A stretch of DNA of 64,000 bases from Bacteroidales bacterium (lineage in GTDB: Bacteria > Bacteroidota > Bacteroidia > Bacteroidales > UBA1715): assembly GCA_024402335.1 (NCBI GenBank), contig JAKSTZ010000001.1, positions 23,687-87,686 on the forward strand. The letters are read 5' to 3'. Both the position numbers and the translations under genes were made by a program. Numbering within the stretch: the first letter of the stretch is position 1; each line of letters opens with the position of its first letter. The notes below the pieces were generated by a model. It was not told the origin of the DNA, searched no databases, and was given only the letters and a program-made list of their open reading frames with translations. Of the stretch, positions 26,340 through 36,067 are shown one piece after another.

Positions 26340-26418
26340 GGGAATGATATATTAGTTGGCAATAGACAAACACCAACGTGACATTGAAGTTCCGTTACTT
26401 TTCTTTCAATAGCGAAAG
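26340..26418 (-). repeat. intergenic repeat element, copy B1 (inverted relative to copy A)
   Basis: gggaatgatatattagttggcaatag (26340-26365) and gttacttttctttcaatagcgaaag (26394-26418) are exact reverse complements of 4950-4975 and 4908-4932. The spacer differs (28 vs 17 nt). Confidence 0.7.
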
Positions 26419-26475
26419 GATTGTTGCGGAGTTTACGGAGCAACTCATAGTCTTTTTTTAGCCGTCCGAAGGTGA

Positions 26476-26546
26476 TTTTTAGCGAAGCAGGTGTTCGGCG
26501 GGGTTCTTTGATTCTTTCTTGACCTGAAGCAAGAAAGAACAATAAC
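26476..26546 (+). repeat. intergenic repeat element, copy B2 (diverged, same orientation as copy A)
   Basis: tttttagcgaag...ttctttcttg-acctgaag-caagaaagaa...ataac runs parallel to 4863-4937 (same 12-mer, an equivalent 10-bp hairpin, the same ataac tail). Confidence 0.55.
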
Positions 26547-26622
26547 ATTAATCCAAAAGATAACGAATAAACGTGTAACAAGGCCTACTACCAAGATGCA
26601 TATCATTTCCTTCTAAAATCTA

Positions 26623-27504
26623 TCAGAGCAATGCAAAGAATAATCGTAAACGAATACATTTTTTCAAAAACCACACGGAAAACTTAGAGCATAGTGTTCG
26701 CCACACTACCTCTTTCCCATGCGATACGTATATTTGTTTGAAATGAGTATCAACAAAAATCTCCATTGCATTATAAAATGCCCGAATGCTTTCTTTTCGA
26801 GATTTTTTTGTACTCGCACCTTTTATATGCGTGATATGAGTTGTCGGTAAATAATAATTATCATACCCGTGCTTAAGGATTCGATAAGAAATATCGATGT
26901 CTTCACCATAAAGGAAGTATTGTTCGTCAAGTAAACCAACCTCGTCAAGGACGGATTTACGGAGAAACATACACGCACCCGCAAGTATTTCTATTGCAGA
27001 AATTTCATCTTCCGACAAATTGCCTAAATAGTAATGATTGAAAATATCTGATTTTGGGAACAGCTTATACAAACCACTCATTTTACAAAAGGCCACAAAA
27101 GGCGTCGGGACCCCTCGTTTTGATTCTGGCAGAAAATTACCATTTGCATCATACATTTTCACACCTAAGCCACCACAATTCGGATGTTCGTCCATAAATG
27201 AGACACAAGTTGAAAAAGTATCCGGGCATACGATCGTATCTGGATTTAAAAGTAGCACATATTCTCCTTGTGCCTGTCGTATTGCCTGATTATTTGCAAC
27301 TGCAAAACCTACATTTTCCTGGTTAGCAATCAATTTCACCCACGGGAATTTTTCAGCAACCATTGCACACGAGTTGTCGGAAGAAGCATTATCAACAACA
27401 AACACCTCACAGTCAATACTTTGCACAGCCTTTTGAACAGAAAGCAGACATTGCTCCAATTCCTTACATACAGTATAGTTAACTATGCAAACCGACAATT
27501 TCAT
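26623..27504 (-). CDS. glycosyltransferase family 2
   Basis: 293 aa. N-terminal LSVCIVNY...VVDNASSD...LLNPD GT-A/DxD-type pattern. Confidence 0.85.
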   Translation of the reverse strand: MKLSVCIVNYTVCKELEQCLLSVQKAVQSIDCEVFVVDNASSDNSCAMVAEKFPWVKLIANQENVGFAVANNQAIRQAQGEYVLLLNPDTIVCPDTFSTCVSFMDEHPNCGGLGVKMYDANGNFLPESKRGVPTPFVAFCKMSGLYKLFPKSDIFNHYYLGNLSEDEISAIEILAGACMFLRKSVLDEVGLLDEQYFLYGEDIDISYRILKHGYDNYYLPTTHITHIKGASTKKSRKESIRAFYNAMEIFVDTHFKQIYVSHGKEVVWRTLCSKFSVWFLKKCIRLRLFFALL

Positions 27505-27505
27505 G

Positions 27506-28141
27506 CTAAAACTCGATAGGTGCTAAGGTATAACCTTCGTTCAACAAATATTCTATAGACTTTGGCAAGGCATACAACAAGTTTTTCTCTGATTTTGGAG
27601 AATCATGAAAAACAATAATGGAGCCATTACGAACATAATTCTTCACATTCAAAAAACAATCTTCTCCCGACAAATTCTTGTCGTAATCCATAGTGATAAT
27701 GTCCCACATAATTACATGGAAATCATTATATATTTTTCGTGCCTGCAACGGACCGATTTTTCCATACGGTGGTCGAAACAATTTACTTCCTGTGATTTCG
27801 GCCGCCTTGTACACATTTCCCACATAAGTCTTATTTTCTGTAATCCAACCTTTCATGTGATTATAGGTGTGTGAACCTATTGCATAACCGCCATCTTTTA
27901 CCATCTGGAAAATTTCGGGAAACTTAAAAACATTTTCACCAACCATAAAAAAAGTTGCCGGTACATTATATTGTTTTAAGATATTGATTACCTGTGGGGT
28001 ATAAATCGGCACGGGACCATCATCGAATGTAAGATATACCGTTTTTTCTGGTTTCGGCAAACGGAAATGCGCCTTACTATACACCCACTCGCCCACAAGT
28101 GGTGGTTGCGCCTTCGTTACATCAAAAATCGGTTGTCTCAT
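27506..28141 (-). CDS. polysaccharide deacetylase (NodB homology domain)
   Basis: 211 aa. Motifs LTFDDGP and GSHTYNH of the CE4/NodB family. Stops 1 nt before the GT2 start. Confidence 0.85.
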   Translation of the reverse strand: MRQPIFDVTKAQPPLVGEWVYSKAHFRLPKPEKTVYLTFDDGPVPIYTPQVINILKQYNVPATFFMVGENVFKFPEIFQMVKDGGYAIGSHTYNHMKGWITENKTYVGNVYKAAEITGSKLFRPPYGKIGPLQARKIYNDFHVIMWDIITMDYDKNLSGEDCFLNVKNYVRNGSIIVFHDSPKSEKNLLYALPKSIEYLLNEGYTLAPIEF

Positions 28142-28193
28142 TTTTATTCGTAATTATCTTTACAAAAATATGAAAATCCCAAGCCTACACAAA

Positions 28194-28973
28194 TCAAAAC
28201 CTCATCGCTCGAACTTTCATAACAGTATTCTTTCCTTCCCTATACCGTTGATTTGTGTCAAAAATCCAGTTCCATTCCATCATATCGGAGCCCTGTGGTA
28301 TATCACAGTACAATAAATTTTTAGTCTGGACTGTATTATCGGAACAAGATGTATTTTCTTCACAATAGTCTGTAATTAAACACGTTGCATTTTTTTGCAA
28401 ACTATCGACATGACGTTGTTGAACCAATTTACGCACCGGCATTAATTCATTTTCTGCAACAGAGAATTTTTCTTTCAAAAAGTCGCACAGCAAAATATCA
28501 AGTTGATTCAACAAATTTACTGAAACAACCAAAGACGCTTGTGGCAGTTCAAAATTCGGCAAGGTTTGTAACTGATTCCAAAAATCAGCAAATGACTTCG
28601 CTTGTTCCGCAAGTGGAACTACACCACCAGTAATATCGGCAGTGACCAAATGAATATTAGAAAAACGTTTTGTCTTTACAACAATCTGTTCTGGCTGAAC
28701 AATGTCATATAAATACACTTGTGAAAATTGTTCTGACAATTCCTGCCAAGGTATATCCAGCAGCCAACCACTTCCAAGCACAACAACTACATCTTTCTTT
28801 ACACATTTTCGTGCTGCTTTCAGAATATATTGTTTCGTATTTTCCAAATGCGAAGCCCATTGTTCCCGTTCACGAATAAATCGATTTTGAATTCCCATCT
28901 GGTCCTTCACATAACCAGTTTTACGTGCAACTGATGACAAAGATTTCGGTTTGAAAAAGTCAAAAAAAGACAT
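28194..28973 (-). CDS. hypothetical protein, possible Rossmann-type (SAM-methyltransferase-like) fold
   Basis: 259 aa. VVVVLGSGWLLD ... LYDIV ... TADITGG resembles class I methyltransferase motifs I, II and post-I. First gene of a co-directional trio with the deacetylase and GT2. Confidence 0.45.
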   Translation of the reverse strand: MSFFDFFKPKSLSSVARKTGYVKDQMGIQNRFIREREQWASHLENTKQYILKAARKCVKKDVVVVLGSGWLLDIPWQELSEQFSQVYLYDIVQPEQIVVKTKRFSNIHLVTADITGGVVPLAEQAKSFADFWNQLQTLPNFELPQASLVVSVNLLNQLDILLCDFLKEKFSVAENELMPVRKLVQQRHVDSLQKNATCLITDYCEENTSCSDNTVQTKNLLYCDIPQGSDMMEWNWIFDTNQRYREGKNTVMKVRAMRF

Positions 28974-29106
28974 ACATAATAAATTTCATCAAACAAAAAT
29001 AATCATAAATTTTGCTCTTAATGCATTTTATAAAAAGACAAACTATAGTTTTTTATTCTCCCATCTAATTTTTTTTTACTTTTACCAATCAATAAATTGT
29101 AATTCT

Positions 29107-29913
29107 ATGAAGTTACATACAATTATATTTACACTGTTTTGCATGCTGTTCTCATCTTGTTCGAACGCACAGCCACAAGAAATAAAGGCTTCGGAAATAG
29201 TAAAAGCATTGAAGAAAGGCAAGAATGTAGAATACGCCAACAAAATCATACTTGACGATTTGAATTTTACCGACGCAGAACATCTACAAATGTTTAACAA
29301 GTCACAATTGCAAGCAGTAGTTACCGGCAATGTATTTTTCTCGAACTGTGTTTTCATGGGAGCTGTTTCTGCAAACGGCAACCACAAAGTTTCCGACAAA
29401 TCTTTAGCTGTACAAACGAAATTTGAAAACAATCTTATTTTCGACAACTGCGACTTCCGTGGCGAGGTAAATTTCGATAATGCCGTAGTACAAGGAAACG
29501 TACACTTTATACAATCGAAGTTCCGCGAGCAAGCATCGTTTAACAACATGACTATTTGGTCAAAAAATGCGAACTTCTCGGAAGTACTTTGTGAAAAAGA
29601 TTTTATAATGGTTTTCACTAATGTGTATGGCAATCTTACATTAAACGATGCCAAATTTCAACAGACATTAAGCCTGCAAGAAACAAATATCCACGGCAAT
29701 CTATTTGCGAGTAGCATCTATGTTACCGGATATGCAGACTTCTCATTACTTTCTGTACAAGGTCGATCGATGTTTACATATGCAAAAGCAGAGATAGGTT
29801 CTTTCGAAAAAGCAATCTTTGTTAACGAAGCAGATTTTCGTAACGATTCCATAAGCATTGATCATTCTAATGCAACATTTTTACAAGGAAAACTAACGAC
29901 TCAAAATCAATAG
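29107..29913 (+). CDS. lipoprotein built of ~22-residue beta-helix-like repeats (pentapeptide-repeat-like)
   Basis: ORF-track 28951..29913 trimmed to ATG 29107, giving the lipobox signal MKLHTIIFTLFCMLFSSC. About 8 tandem units of pattern N-[LV]-x-[FL]-x4-F-x5-F-x4-[IV]-x-G, for example NLIFDNCDFRGEVNFDNAVVQG and NLTLNDAKFQQTLSLQETNIHG. Confidence 0.65.
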   Translation: MKLHTIIFTLFCMLFSSCSNAQPQEIKASEIVKALKKGKNVEYANKIILDDLNFTDAEHLQMFNKSQLQAVVTGNVFFSNCVFMGAVSANGNHKVSDKSLAVQTKFENNLIFDNCDFRGEVNFDNAVVQGNVHFIQSKFREQASFNNMTIWSKNANFSEVLCEKDFIMVFTNVYGNLTLNDAKFQQTLSLQETNIHGNLFASSIYVTGYADFSLLSVQGRSMFTYAKAEIGSFEKAIFVNEADFRNDSISIDHSNATFLQGKLTTQNQ

Positions 29914-29915
29914 AT

Positions 29916-31589
29916 ATGAAACAAAAAATCTCCTCATATTGTATTCGTTTATGTATGCCATTTGCAATCTGTAGTTGTCTACTATTGCAATCATGTCAAA
30001 ATGAAGTATTAAATCAACTTCTACTTGAAATACTCGTATCTGCCGCCAACGGATGGCTTGTCGATGACGAACAAATGAACGATATACCACAAGATGTGGT
30101 AGTTGTTGACGTTGACGAGAACAATCTTGCCACGAAAGTAAACCTTGAAAGTAAATTCCCTCCTATCGGTGACCAGGGAAGCTACGGGACTTGCGTTGCA
30201 TGGGCAACCGGCTACAACCTAAAAACAGCTCTTGACGGAATAGACAAAGGATGGACAACTACACAATTAGCAAACAAAGCGAACCAAACCAGTCCTGCCG
30301 ACTTATGGTACGCAATTTCTAGTTCACAACGTGGTTCTGGGTGTAACGGAACTAACTTCGACCCTGCATTAACAGCACTTATTTCTTCTGGAGCAGCATC
30401 GCTACAAGATGTACCATATAGTGTTTTATCGAAAAGTTGTTCAAGCACGGCAAAAAAAGGTAATCCTTCAAACAAATTGGCAAACTACAGAAAAATTGCT
30501 GATAGCGAAAACAAATTAGGAATGACAGTCAACAACTTTAAATTCTATTTGAATCAAGGAAGACCTATTGCTATCGGTGCACGTTTAGGAGATAGATTCA
30601 TGTCGTGGAATAGTTCTTCTGTTATCAACTACGACACCTATTTACAAGACGGTATGCAACACGCATATCACGCAATGGTTCTTTCCGGCTACGACGACAG
30701 CAAACATGCGTTCAGAGTACGTAACTCGTGGGGTACTTCTTGGGGCGATAACGGTAGCATTTGGGTTGACTACGATTTCTTCTTGAAAAGCTTTGTTTTT
30801 GCAGCATTTGTTGCACAAAACAATAATAGTGTTTCGGTTTCAAGCAACGGAGTTGCTACTACAGATTTAACAAGCGGCTACGATGTTTTAGCATATTCAG
30901 CAACAGACGAAATCAACAAAGAAGGCGATAACCAACGAGACAGAGTATTTTCTTATACTGTTTACAATTCAGGTAACAAAACAATTTCCGCAAGTCAAAA
31001 CTGGAGCGTTGTGTATATGTACTACAATGCAACAAACGCCAACGATTATCAAATAATCTATGAAGACTACTACACTACAAAATATGGCGATAACGAAGAC
31101 CACATGGATATTCTTCCTGAAGATGCAACCGATGCCCTTTGCGGTGGCTATTGGAACAACTTCAGCGTTGCTGCAGGAAAACAAGTCGGTGACGAATACG
31201 AAATAAGTTATACTATGCCTAACATTACAGGTAAATACTATCTTGTAGTTTATGCAGATGCATTTGATGCTATTGCCGAAGGAAATGAGGACAATAACTT
31301 CTACTTCATTACGGCAGAAAATGGCAAGCCGTTGGAGTTTGTAAATGGTGTTCCGCAAAATATGTTGAAATCATATAATCTAAAAAGCGAAAAAGTTAGA
31401 ATTGAACCTTTCAGCAATGGACCAAAACAAACAACTGTTTGCGCAGGAAATGTGAATGCTTATACACCAGGAGAAATTTCAAGTTTACTTCATTACGAAA
31501 AGCAATCCGGAAAACTTGCAGAAAAAATCGGTCAATATAGATTGAAATCTGCAGGTGCAACGGTAAAGAAAGTTAAGGTTGTAAGATAG
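29916..31589 (+). CDS. C1 (papain-like) cysteine peptidase lipoprotein with C-terminal extension
   Basis: 557 aa with a lipobox-like LLLQSC. Active-site contexts are QGSYGTCVAWA (Gln/Cys), HAMVLSGYDD (His) and NSWGTSWGDNGSIWV (Asn/Trp). Confidence 0.85.
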   Translation: MKQKISSYCIRLCMPFAICSCLLLQSCQNEVLNQLLLEILVSAANGWLVDDEQMNDIPQDVVVVDVDENNLATKVNLESKFPPIGDQGSYGTCVAWATGYNLKTALDGIDKGWTTTQLANKANQTSPADLWYAISSSQRGSGCNGTNFDPALTALISSGAASLQDVPYSVLSKSCSSTAKKGNPSNKLANYRKIADSENKLGMTVNNFKFYLNQGRPIAIGARLGDRFMSWNSSSVINYDTYLQDGMQHAYHAMVLSGYDDSKHAFRVRNSWGTSWGDNGSIWVDYDFFLKSFVFAAFVAQNNNSVSVSSNGVATTDLTSGYDVLAYSATDEINKEGDNQRDRVFSYTVYNSGNKTISASQNWSVVYMYYNATNANDYQIIYEDYYTTKYGDNEDHMDILPEDATDALCGGYWNNFSVAAGKQVGDEYEISYTMPNITGKYYLVVYADAFDAIAEGNEDNNFYFITAENGKPLEFVNGVPQNMLKSYNLKSEKVRIEPFSNGPKQTTVCAGNVNAYTPGEISSLLHYEKQSGKLAEKIGQYRLKSAGATVKKVKVVR

Positions 31590-31591
31590 GA

Positions 31592-32329
31592 ATGGATTTT
31601 TCAATCTCCACAATTATCCTACTTATCGCATCGTGCACAGGCGCTTCGTTCATACAACGAGTGAGCGGATTTGGTTTTGGCGTTTTTATCATGACCATAT
31701 TACCATGTATCTGTCCATCGTATGGTGAAGCAACTACACTGTCGGGGCTTTTATCGGCTGCCCAATCTCTCTACGTATTATTTTTCATGTGGAAATTGGT
31801 TGATTGGAAGAAAATACTCTTAATTCTTACCTCATTCTCTGTATTCTCATACATAGCAATACAATTTGTAGCTATAGTAGAAGATTCCATCTTAAAAATC
31901 TTATTAGGTATTTTTTTAATTCTATTAAGTCTTTATTTCATATTTTTCAATTCAAACATACACGTAAAGCCTACCAAAACACTACAAATATCTATGGGAG
32001 CCGCCAGCGGTGTTTTAGGAGGATTTTTCGGCATGCACGGTCCGCCTGCTGTAATCTATTTTCTTGCTTCCGAAAGCGATAAAAACAGATACATGGCAAT
32101 ATGTCAAGCGTATTTTTTCCTTACTAACGTAATAATGACTGTATTCCGCGCACAAAACGGATTTCTCACACCATTTGTAGGATATTCCTGGTTGTATGCA
32201 TGTATCGGCATAATCATAGGCTCTTTTCTTGGGGAAAAAATATTTGATAAAATTTCTGCCGAGAAACTTCGATACATCATTTACATTTATATGATAATCA
32301 GTGGAGTTGTAGCCATAGTTTTTAAATGA
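31592..32329 (+). CDS. TauE/SafE family anion exporter-like membrane protein
   Basis: 245 aa with ~7-8 TM segments. The duplicated-half architecture and G-rich helices (ASGVLGGFFGMHGPP) are typical of TauE/SafE. Confidence 0.7.
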   Translation: MDFSISTIILLIASCTGASFIQRVSGFGFGVFIMTILPCICPSYGEATTLSGLLSAAQSLYVLFFMWKLVDWKKILLILTSFSVFSYIAIQFVAIVEDSILKILLGIFLILLSLYFIFFNSNIHVKPTKTLQISMGAASGVLGGFFGMHGPPAVIYFLASESDKNRYMAICQAYFFLTNVIMTVFRAQNGFLTPFVGYSWLYACIGIIIGSFLGEKIFDKISAEKLRYIIYIYMIISGVVAIVFK

Positions 32330-32457
32330 CTTACTGATACAAGCTATAACAACCGCGAACATTACTACATATATTATTTCTCTGTCCAAAACTATACGTT
32401 GCAAATTATAGGACTATTACACTGATGTTACGTACGAGAATACACACTGAATTAAAG

Positions 32458-33225
32458 TTATCCCATCTTACCAGTTAAATACGATTTTGTTCGTTCATCT
32501 TTAGGCATAGAAAACATCTCATTTGTATCGCCATACTCAATCAACTCACCTAAATACATAAACATTGAACGTTTTGACACACGCATTGCCTGTCCCATAT
32601 TGTGGGTAACAATTAGAATAGTTACCTCATCTTTCAATTGCATCAAAAGTTCCTCTATATGCTTAGTTGCAATTGGATCGAGAGCCGACGTTGGCTCGTC
32701 CATTAAAAGCACATCTGGTTTAAGAGCCAAAGCGCGGGCAATACACAAACGTTGTTGCTGACCACCAGAAAGAAATGTACCCTTTTTATTGAGAACATCC
32801 TTAACCTCATCCCAAAGAGCCACATTACGGAGATTTTGTTCAACAATATCATCTTTTTCCGACTTTGGAATAGAAAGTCCATTCAGCATATATCCAGCCA
32901 AAACATTTTCATAGATACTCATTGTTGGGAATGGAGTGGGTCTCTGAAACACCATACCTATTTTCCTACGAACATCGATAGGTTCCATGGTAAGAATATT
33001 TTTCCCATACAAAGAGATTTCACCTGTTGTCTGAATATTAGGATATAAATTGTGCATCATATTTACAGCACGGAGTAGAGTGCTTTTTCCACAACCCGAT
33101 GGTCCCATGATTGCAGTTATACAATTTTTGTCTATTGATGCCGTCACATTCTTTACGGCAAGAGCATTGGAAGAGTATGATATACATACATTTTTAAATT
33201 CAAGAATTGGATTTACGAATTCCAT
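32458..33225 (-). CDS. pstB: phosphate ABC transporter ATP-binding protein
   Basis: 255 aa. Walker A GPSGCGKST, signature LSGGQQQRLCIARA, Walker B LLMDEPTSALD. Last gene of the pstSCAB order. Confidence 0.95.
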   Translation of the reverse strand: MEFVNPILEFKNVCISYSSNALAVKNVTASIDKNCITAIMGPSGCGKSTLLRAVNMMHNLYPNIQTTGEISLYGKNILTMEPIDVRRKIGMVFQRPTPFPTMSIYENVLAGYMLNGLSIPKSEKDDIVEQNLRNVALWDEVKDVLNKKGTFLSGGQQQRLCIARALALKPDVLLMDEPTSALDPIATKHIEELLMQLKDEVTILIVTHNMGQAMRVSKRSMFMYLGELIEYGDTNEMFSMPKDERTKSYLTGKMG

Positions 33226-34076
33226 TTTTTTATTTTTTTAGCAATTAAGTTAAGTAACAAGACGAAGATTAATAAGAATAACGAAGCGCCCCAAACTAGA
33301 TCTTGTAAATTCGGATCGTTAAAGAATTCCCAAATCAAAAGCGACACAGAAGATATAGGTTTGTCTATATTCCAACGAATCATAGAACAACCCAAGGCTG
33401 TAAATGTCAACGGAGCGGTTTCACCGGCAACACGCGAAATCGCTAATAAAACTCCGGTAAAAATTCCACTAAAAGCAGAAGGCAGCAATATTCGCACAAC
33501 AACCTGCGCATAACTACCACCCAAAGCCAATCCAGCCTCCTTAAGAGACGTAGGCAACATTTTCACCGTTTCTTCCGTAGAACGAATAATCAACGGCAAC
33601 ATCATGATAAACAACGCTACACTTCCTGCCATCGCTGAATATCCATTCATAGGAATAACAACCCATGAATAGACTATTATTCCAATAATAACAGATGGCG
33701 TTCCTTGTAATAGATCTGTTAAATAACTAACGACAACTGCAAATTTGTTTTTTGCGTTTTCAGCTAAGAAAACACCACAGGCTATACCAACCGGAACAGC
33801 GACAACCGTAGAAACACAAAGCATGAGCAATGTTCCTATTATTCCATTTGCAATACCTCCAGGAATTGCCTCACCATTGGCAACTGCTTTCATTGCCTTA
33901 AATGCAGTAGGTGTCGGTTCCGTTAGAAAAGACCAGCTAAATTCGCCGATACCACGAATAAACACCTCACCTAAAATTGCAAATAGAGGAACCGCAGTCA
34001 ACAATGTTACAAACACTACTATCCCCAACAGACATTTATTTATCAAAAGACGATATGATACTTTATTGAGATTCAT
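33213..34076 (-). CDS. pstA: phosphate ABC transporter permease PstA
   Basis: 287 aa, 6 TM, with an EAA-like loop (LKEAGLALGGS). Position lies between pstC and pstB. Confidence 0.88.
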   Translation of the reverse strand: MNLNKVSYRLLINKCLLGIVVFVTLLTAVPLFAILGEVFIRGIGEFSWSFLTEPTPTAFKAMKAVANGEAIPGGIANGIIGTLLMLCVSTVVAVPVGIACGVFLAENAKNKFAVVVSYLTDLLQGTPSVIIGIIVYSWVVIPMNGYSAMAGSVALFIMMLPLIIRSTEETVKMLPTSLKEAGLALGGSYAQVVVRILLPSAFSGIFTGVLLAISRVAGETAPLTFTALGCSMIRWNIDKPISSVSLLIWEFFNDPNLQDLVWGASLFLLIFVLLLNLIAKKIKKWNS

Positions 34077-34084
34077 TGTACCTC

Positions 34085-34942
34085 CTATTCTATACGAATT
34101 CTTTTTATTAGGATTTTTCCTATCAAGTTGATGACGGCTGTAATGAGAAGCAATAACAGACCTATTGCAAACAAAGCAGAGAGTTTCAGGCCATCGGCTT
34201 CGCCAAATTGGTTTACAATTATACTAGCCATAGTATTTGCCGTATCAACAATAGATGATGGTATTTGATTCGTATTTCCAATCAACATAGTTACCGTCAT
34301 TGTTTCACCTATGGCCCTTCCTATAGCTAAAATATAAGACGAGAATATACCTGTTCCAGCCACAGGAAATATCACATGGCGAATAACTTCGGCACGAGTT
34401 GCCCCTAAACTACATGCACTTTCCTTTAGATTGGTTGGAACCATTTTAATGAATTCAGCGCTAAGTGAAGCTGCATAAGGAACAATCATTATTGATAGAA
34501 CTAATGCTGCCGTTAAAATACAAGAACCTTGATCGGAAATATGCAAACTCATCACTATAGGCCGTAACATGTAAAATCCCCACAAACCATAGATAATTGA
34601 AGGAATTCCTGCCAACAAGTCCGCTACAACACTTATAACTTCAGCAAACCAGCTACCTCTATAATATTCACCGACAAACAAAGCAATAGACAGTGAAAAA
34701 GGTATACAGAAAGCTAAAGCCAGTATGGTAGTCATCAATGTTCCTGTTATAAAAGGTAAAGCCCCGTATTTTTCCTGTCCCTCGGTATAAACCCAATCGG
34801 ATGAAAATATGAAATGGAAAAATCCAAAGTTTGAGAACGCTTCAAAAGAATCGATTATGAGGGAATACACGATTCCCCCACAAACGATAGGCATAATCAG
34901 AGCTACAACAAACAAGAAACCTTTGAAAATTTTATCTTTCAT
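34085..34942 (-). CDS. pstC: phosphate ABC transporter permease PstC
   Basis: 285 aa, 6 TM, with an EAA-like loop (LKESACSLGATRAEV). Follows pstS. Confidence 0.88.
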   Translation of the reverse strand: MKDKIFKGFLFVVALIMPIVCGGIVYSLIIDSFEAFSNFGFFHFIFSSDWVYTEGQEKYGALPFITGTLMTTILALAFCIPFSLSIALFVGEYYRGSWFAEVISVVADLLAGIPSIIYGLWGFYMLRPIVMSLHISDQGSCILTAALVLSIMIVPYAASLSAEFIKMVPTNLKESACSLGATRAEVIRHVIFPVAGTGIFSSYILAIGRAIGETMTVTMLIGNTNQIPSSIVDTANTMASIIVNQFGEADGLKLSALFAIGLLLLLITAVINLIGKILIKRIRIE

Positions 34943-34961
34943 GTTCTCTGATTTACATTAG

Positions 34962-36047
34962 TTATTTCAATGGAGAACCATTGTATGTTATTTTCTTCAA
35001 GTTGTTTAGACTTAACTCAACTGCACGTTTTGGTAGCGGGGCATAATGTACTTCCGATGTGATTTTTTGCGTTTCATCTGCAAGCATGAATTGCAATAAT
35101 TCCACCGTTGCCTTTGCTTGATCTATGGTTCTGTTTGAATAACCTTGTTCTTGATAAACAATCAACCAAGTAAAACAACTAATTGGATATGCACCTTGAG
35201 CAGCAGAGTTTGTTATAGAAATACGAGTATCTTCTGGAATATCTGCAGATGCAGCCTTTGATATTGATTCTGCCGTTGGTTTAACAAATTCACCCTGAAC
35301 ATTTTGTATTGTTGCATACGACATATTTTGCGCAAAAGCATATTCTGAACCTACATAGCCTATGGAATTAGGAGTTTGTGAGATAACACTTGCTACACCA
35401 GGATTACCTTTAGCTGCCTGACCAACTGGGAAATTAACAGATTTTCCAGCACCGTAGTTTTGTTTCCAGCTTTCACTCACCTTAGACAAATAATCTGTAA
35501 AATTTGCTGTTGTTCCACTGCCATCAGAACGATATACAGGTATAATTTCTGCATCAGGAAGCGACAAACCAGCATTTAAAATTGCAATACGTTCATCATT
35601 CCATTTCTTTATCTTACCCGCAAAGATATCGGCAACCACAGAACCGGAAAGTTTCAATTCCTCTATACCAGGAAGGTTGTAACTTAAAACTACGGCACCC
35701 ATACATGTTGGTATATGAATAACGGCTTGCATTTCTGACATTTCTTTATCCGCCAAGAAAGCATCACTTCCCGCAAAGTCAACGATACCATCTTTTAGGC
35801 TTCTTATTCCACCACCGCTACCAATAGCACCATAACTAATTTTATCGTTATTTGATTCGGAATATTTTTCAAAGACCATATTGTAGAAAGGTAATGGGAA
35901 TGTAGCCCCCGCACCCGATAATTCAACCGTTTCCCTTTGAGTAATTTCTTTATTTTCTTTGTCTTTGTTTACTAAGAATACCGCTGTCGAAATAACAGCA
36001 ACAAGTAATGCAACAAGTGCAATTTTAATTTTCTGAGTTGTTTTCAT
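34962..36047 (-). CDS. pstS: phosphate ABC transporter substrate-binding protein
   Basis: 361 aa. An N-terminal anchor is followed by LSGAGATFPLPFY and SDGSGTT motifs of PstS/PBP-2. Confidence 0.88.
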   Translation of the reverse strand: MKTTQKIKIALVALLVAVISTAVFLVNKDKENKEITQRETVELSGAGATFPLPFYNMVFEKYSESNNDKISYGAIGSGGGIRSLKDGIVDFAGSDAFLADKEMSEMQAVIHIPTCMGAVVLSYNLPGIEELKLSGSVVADIFAGKIKKWNDERIAILNAGLSLPDAEIIPVYRSDGSGTTANFTDYLSKVSESWKQNYGAGKSVNFPVGQAAKGNPGVASVISQTPNSIGYVGSEYAFAQNMSYATIQNVQGEFVKPTAESISKAASADIPEDTRISITNSAAQGAYPISCFTWLIVYQEQGYSNRTIDQAKATVELLQFMLADETQKITSEVHYAPLPKRAVELSLNNLKKITYNGSPLK

Positions 36048-36067
36048 AACTAATAAATTTTTATTGT

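Noticed and set aside
26324-26581. 85-aa minus-strand ORF in the 26.2-26.6 kb spacer
   Set aside because: It is read through two copies of an intergenic repeat, including hairpins. It is treated as non-coding repeat DNA, not a gene.
28951-29106. Long N-terminal extensions in several ORF-track entries (28951, 42451-42666, 1434, 9507, 39424, 47811-47858, 63184-63282)
   Set aside because: The extensions precede clear signal peptides or conserved N-termini, often begin with TTG, overlap neighbouring genes or promoter motifs, and look non-coding. Internal ATG starts were used instead.
29082-29654. 190-aa minus-strand ORF
   Set aside because: It is antisense to the repeat lipoprotein gene, whose 22-residue periodicity and lipobox support the plus-strand reading.
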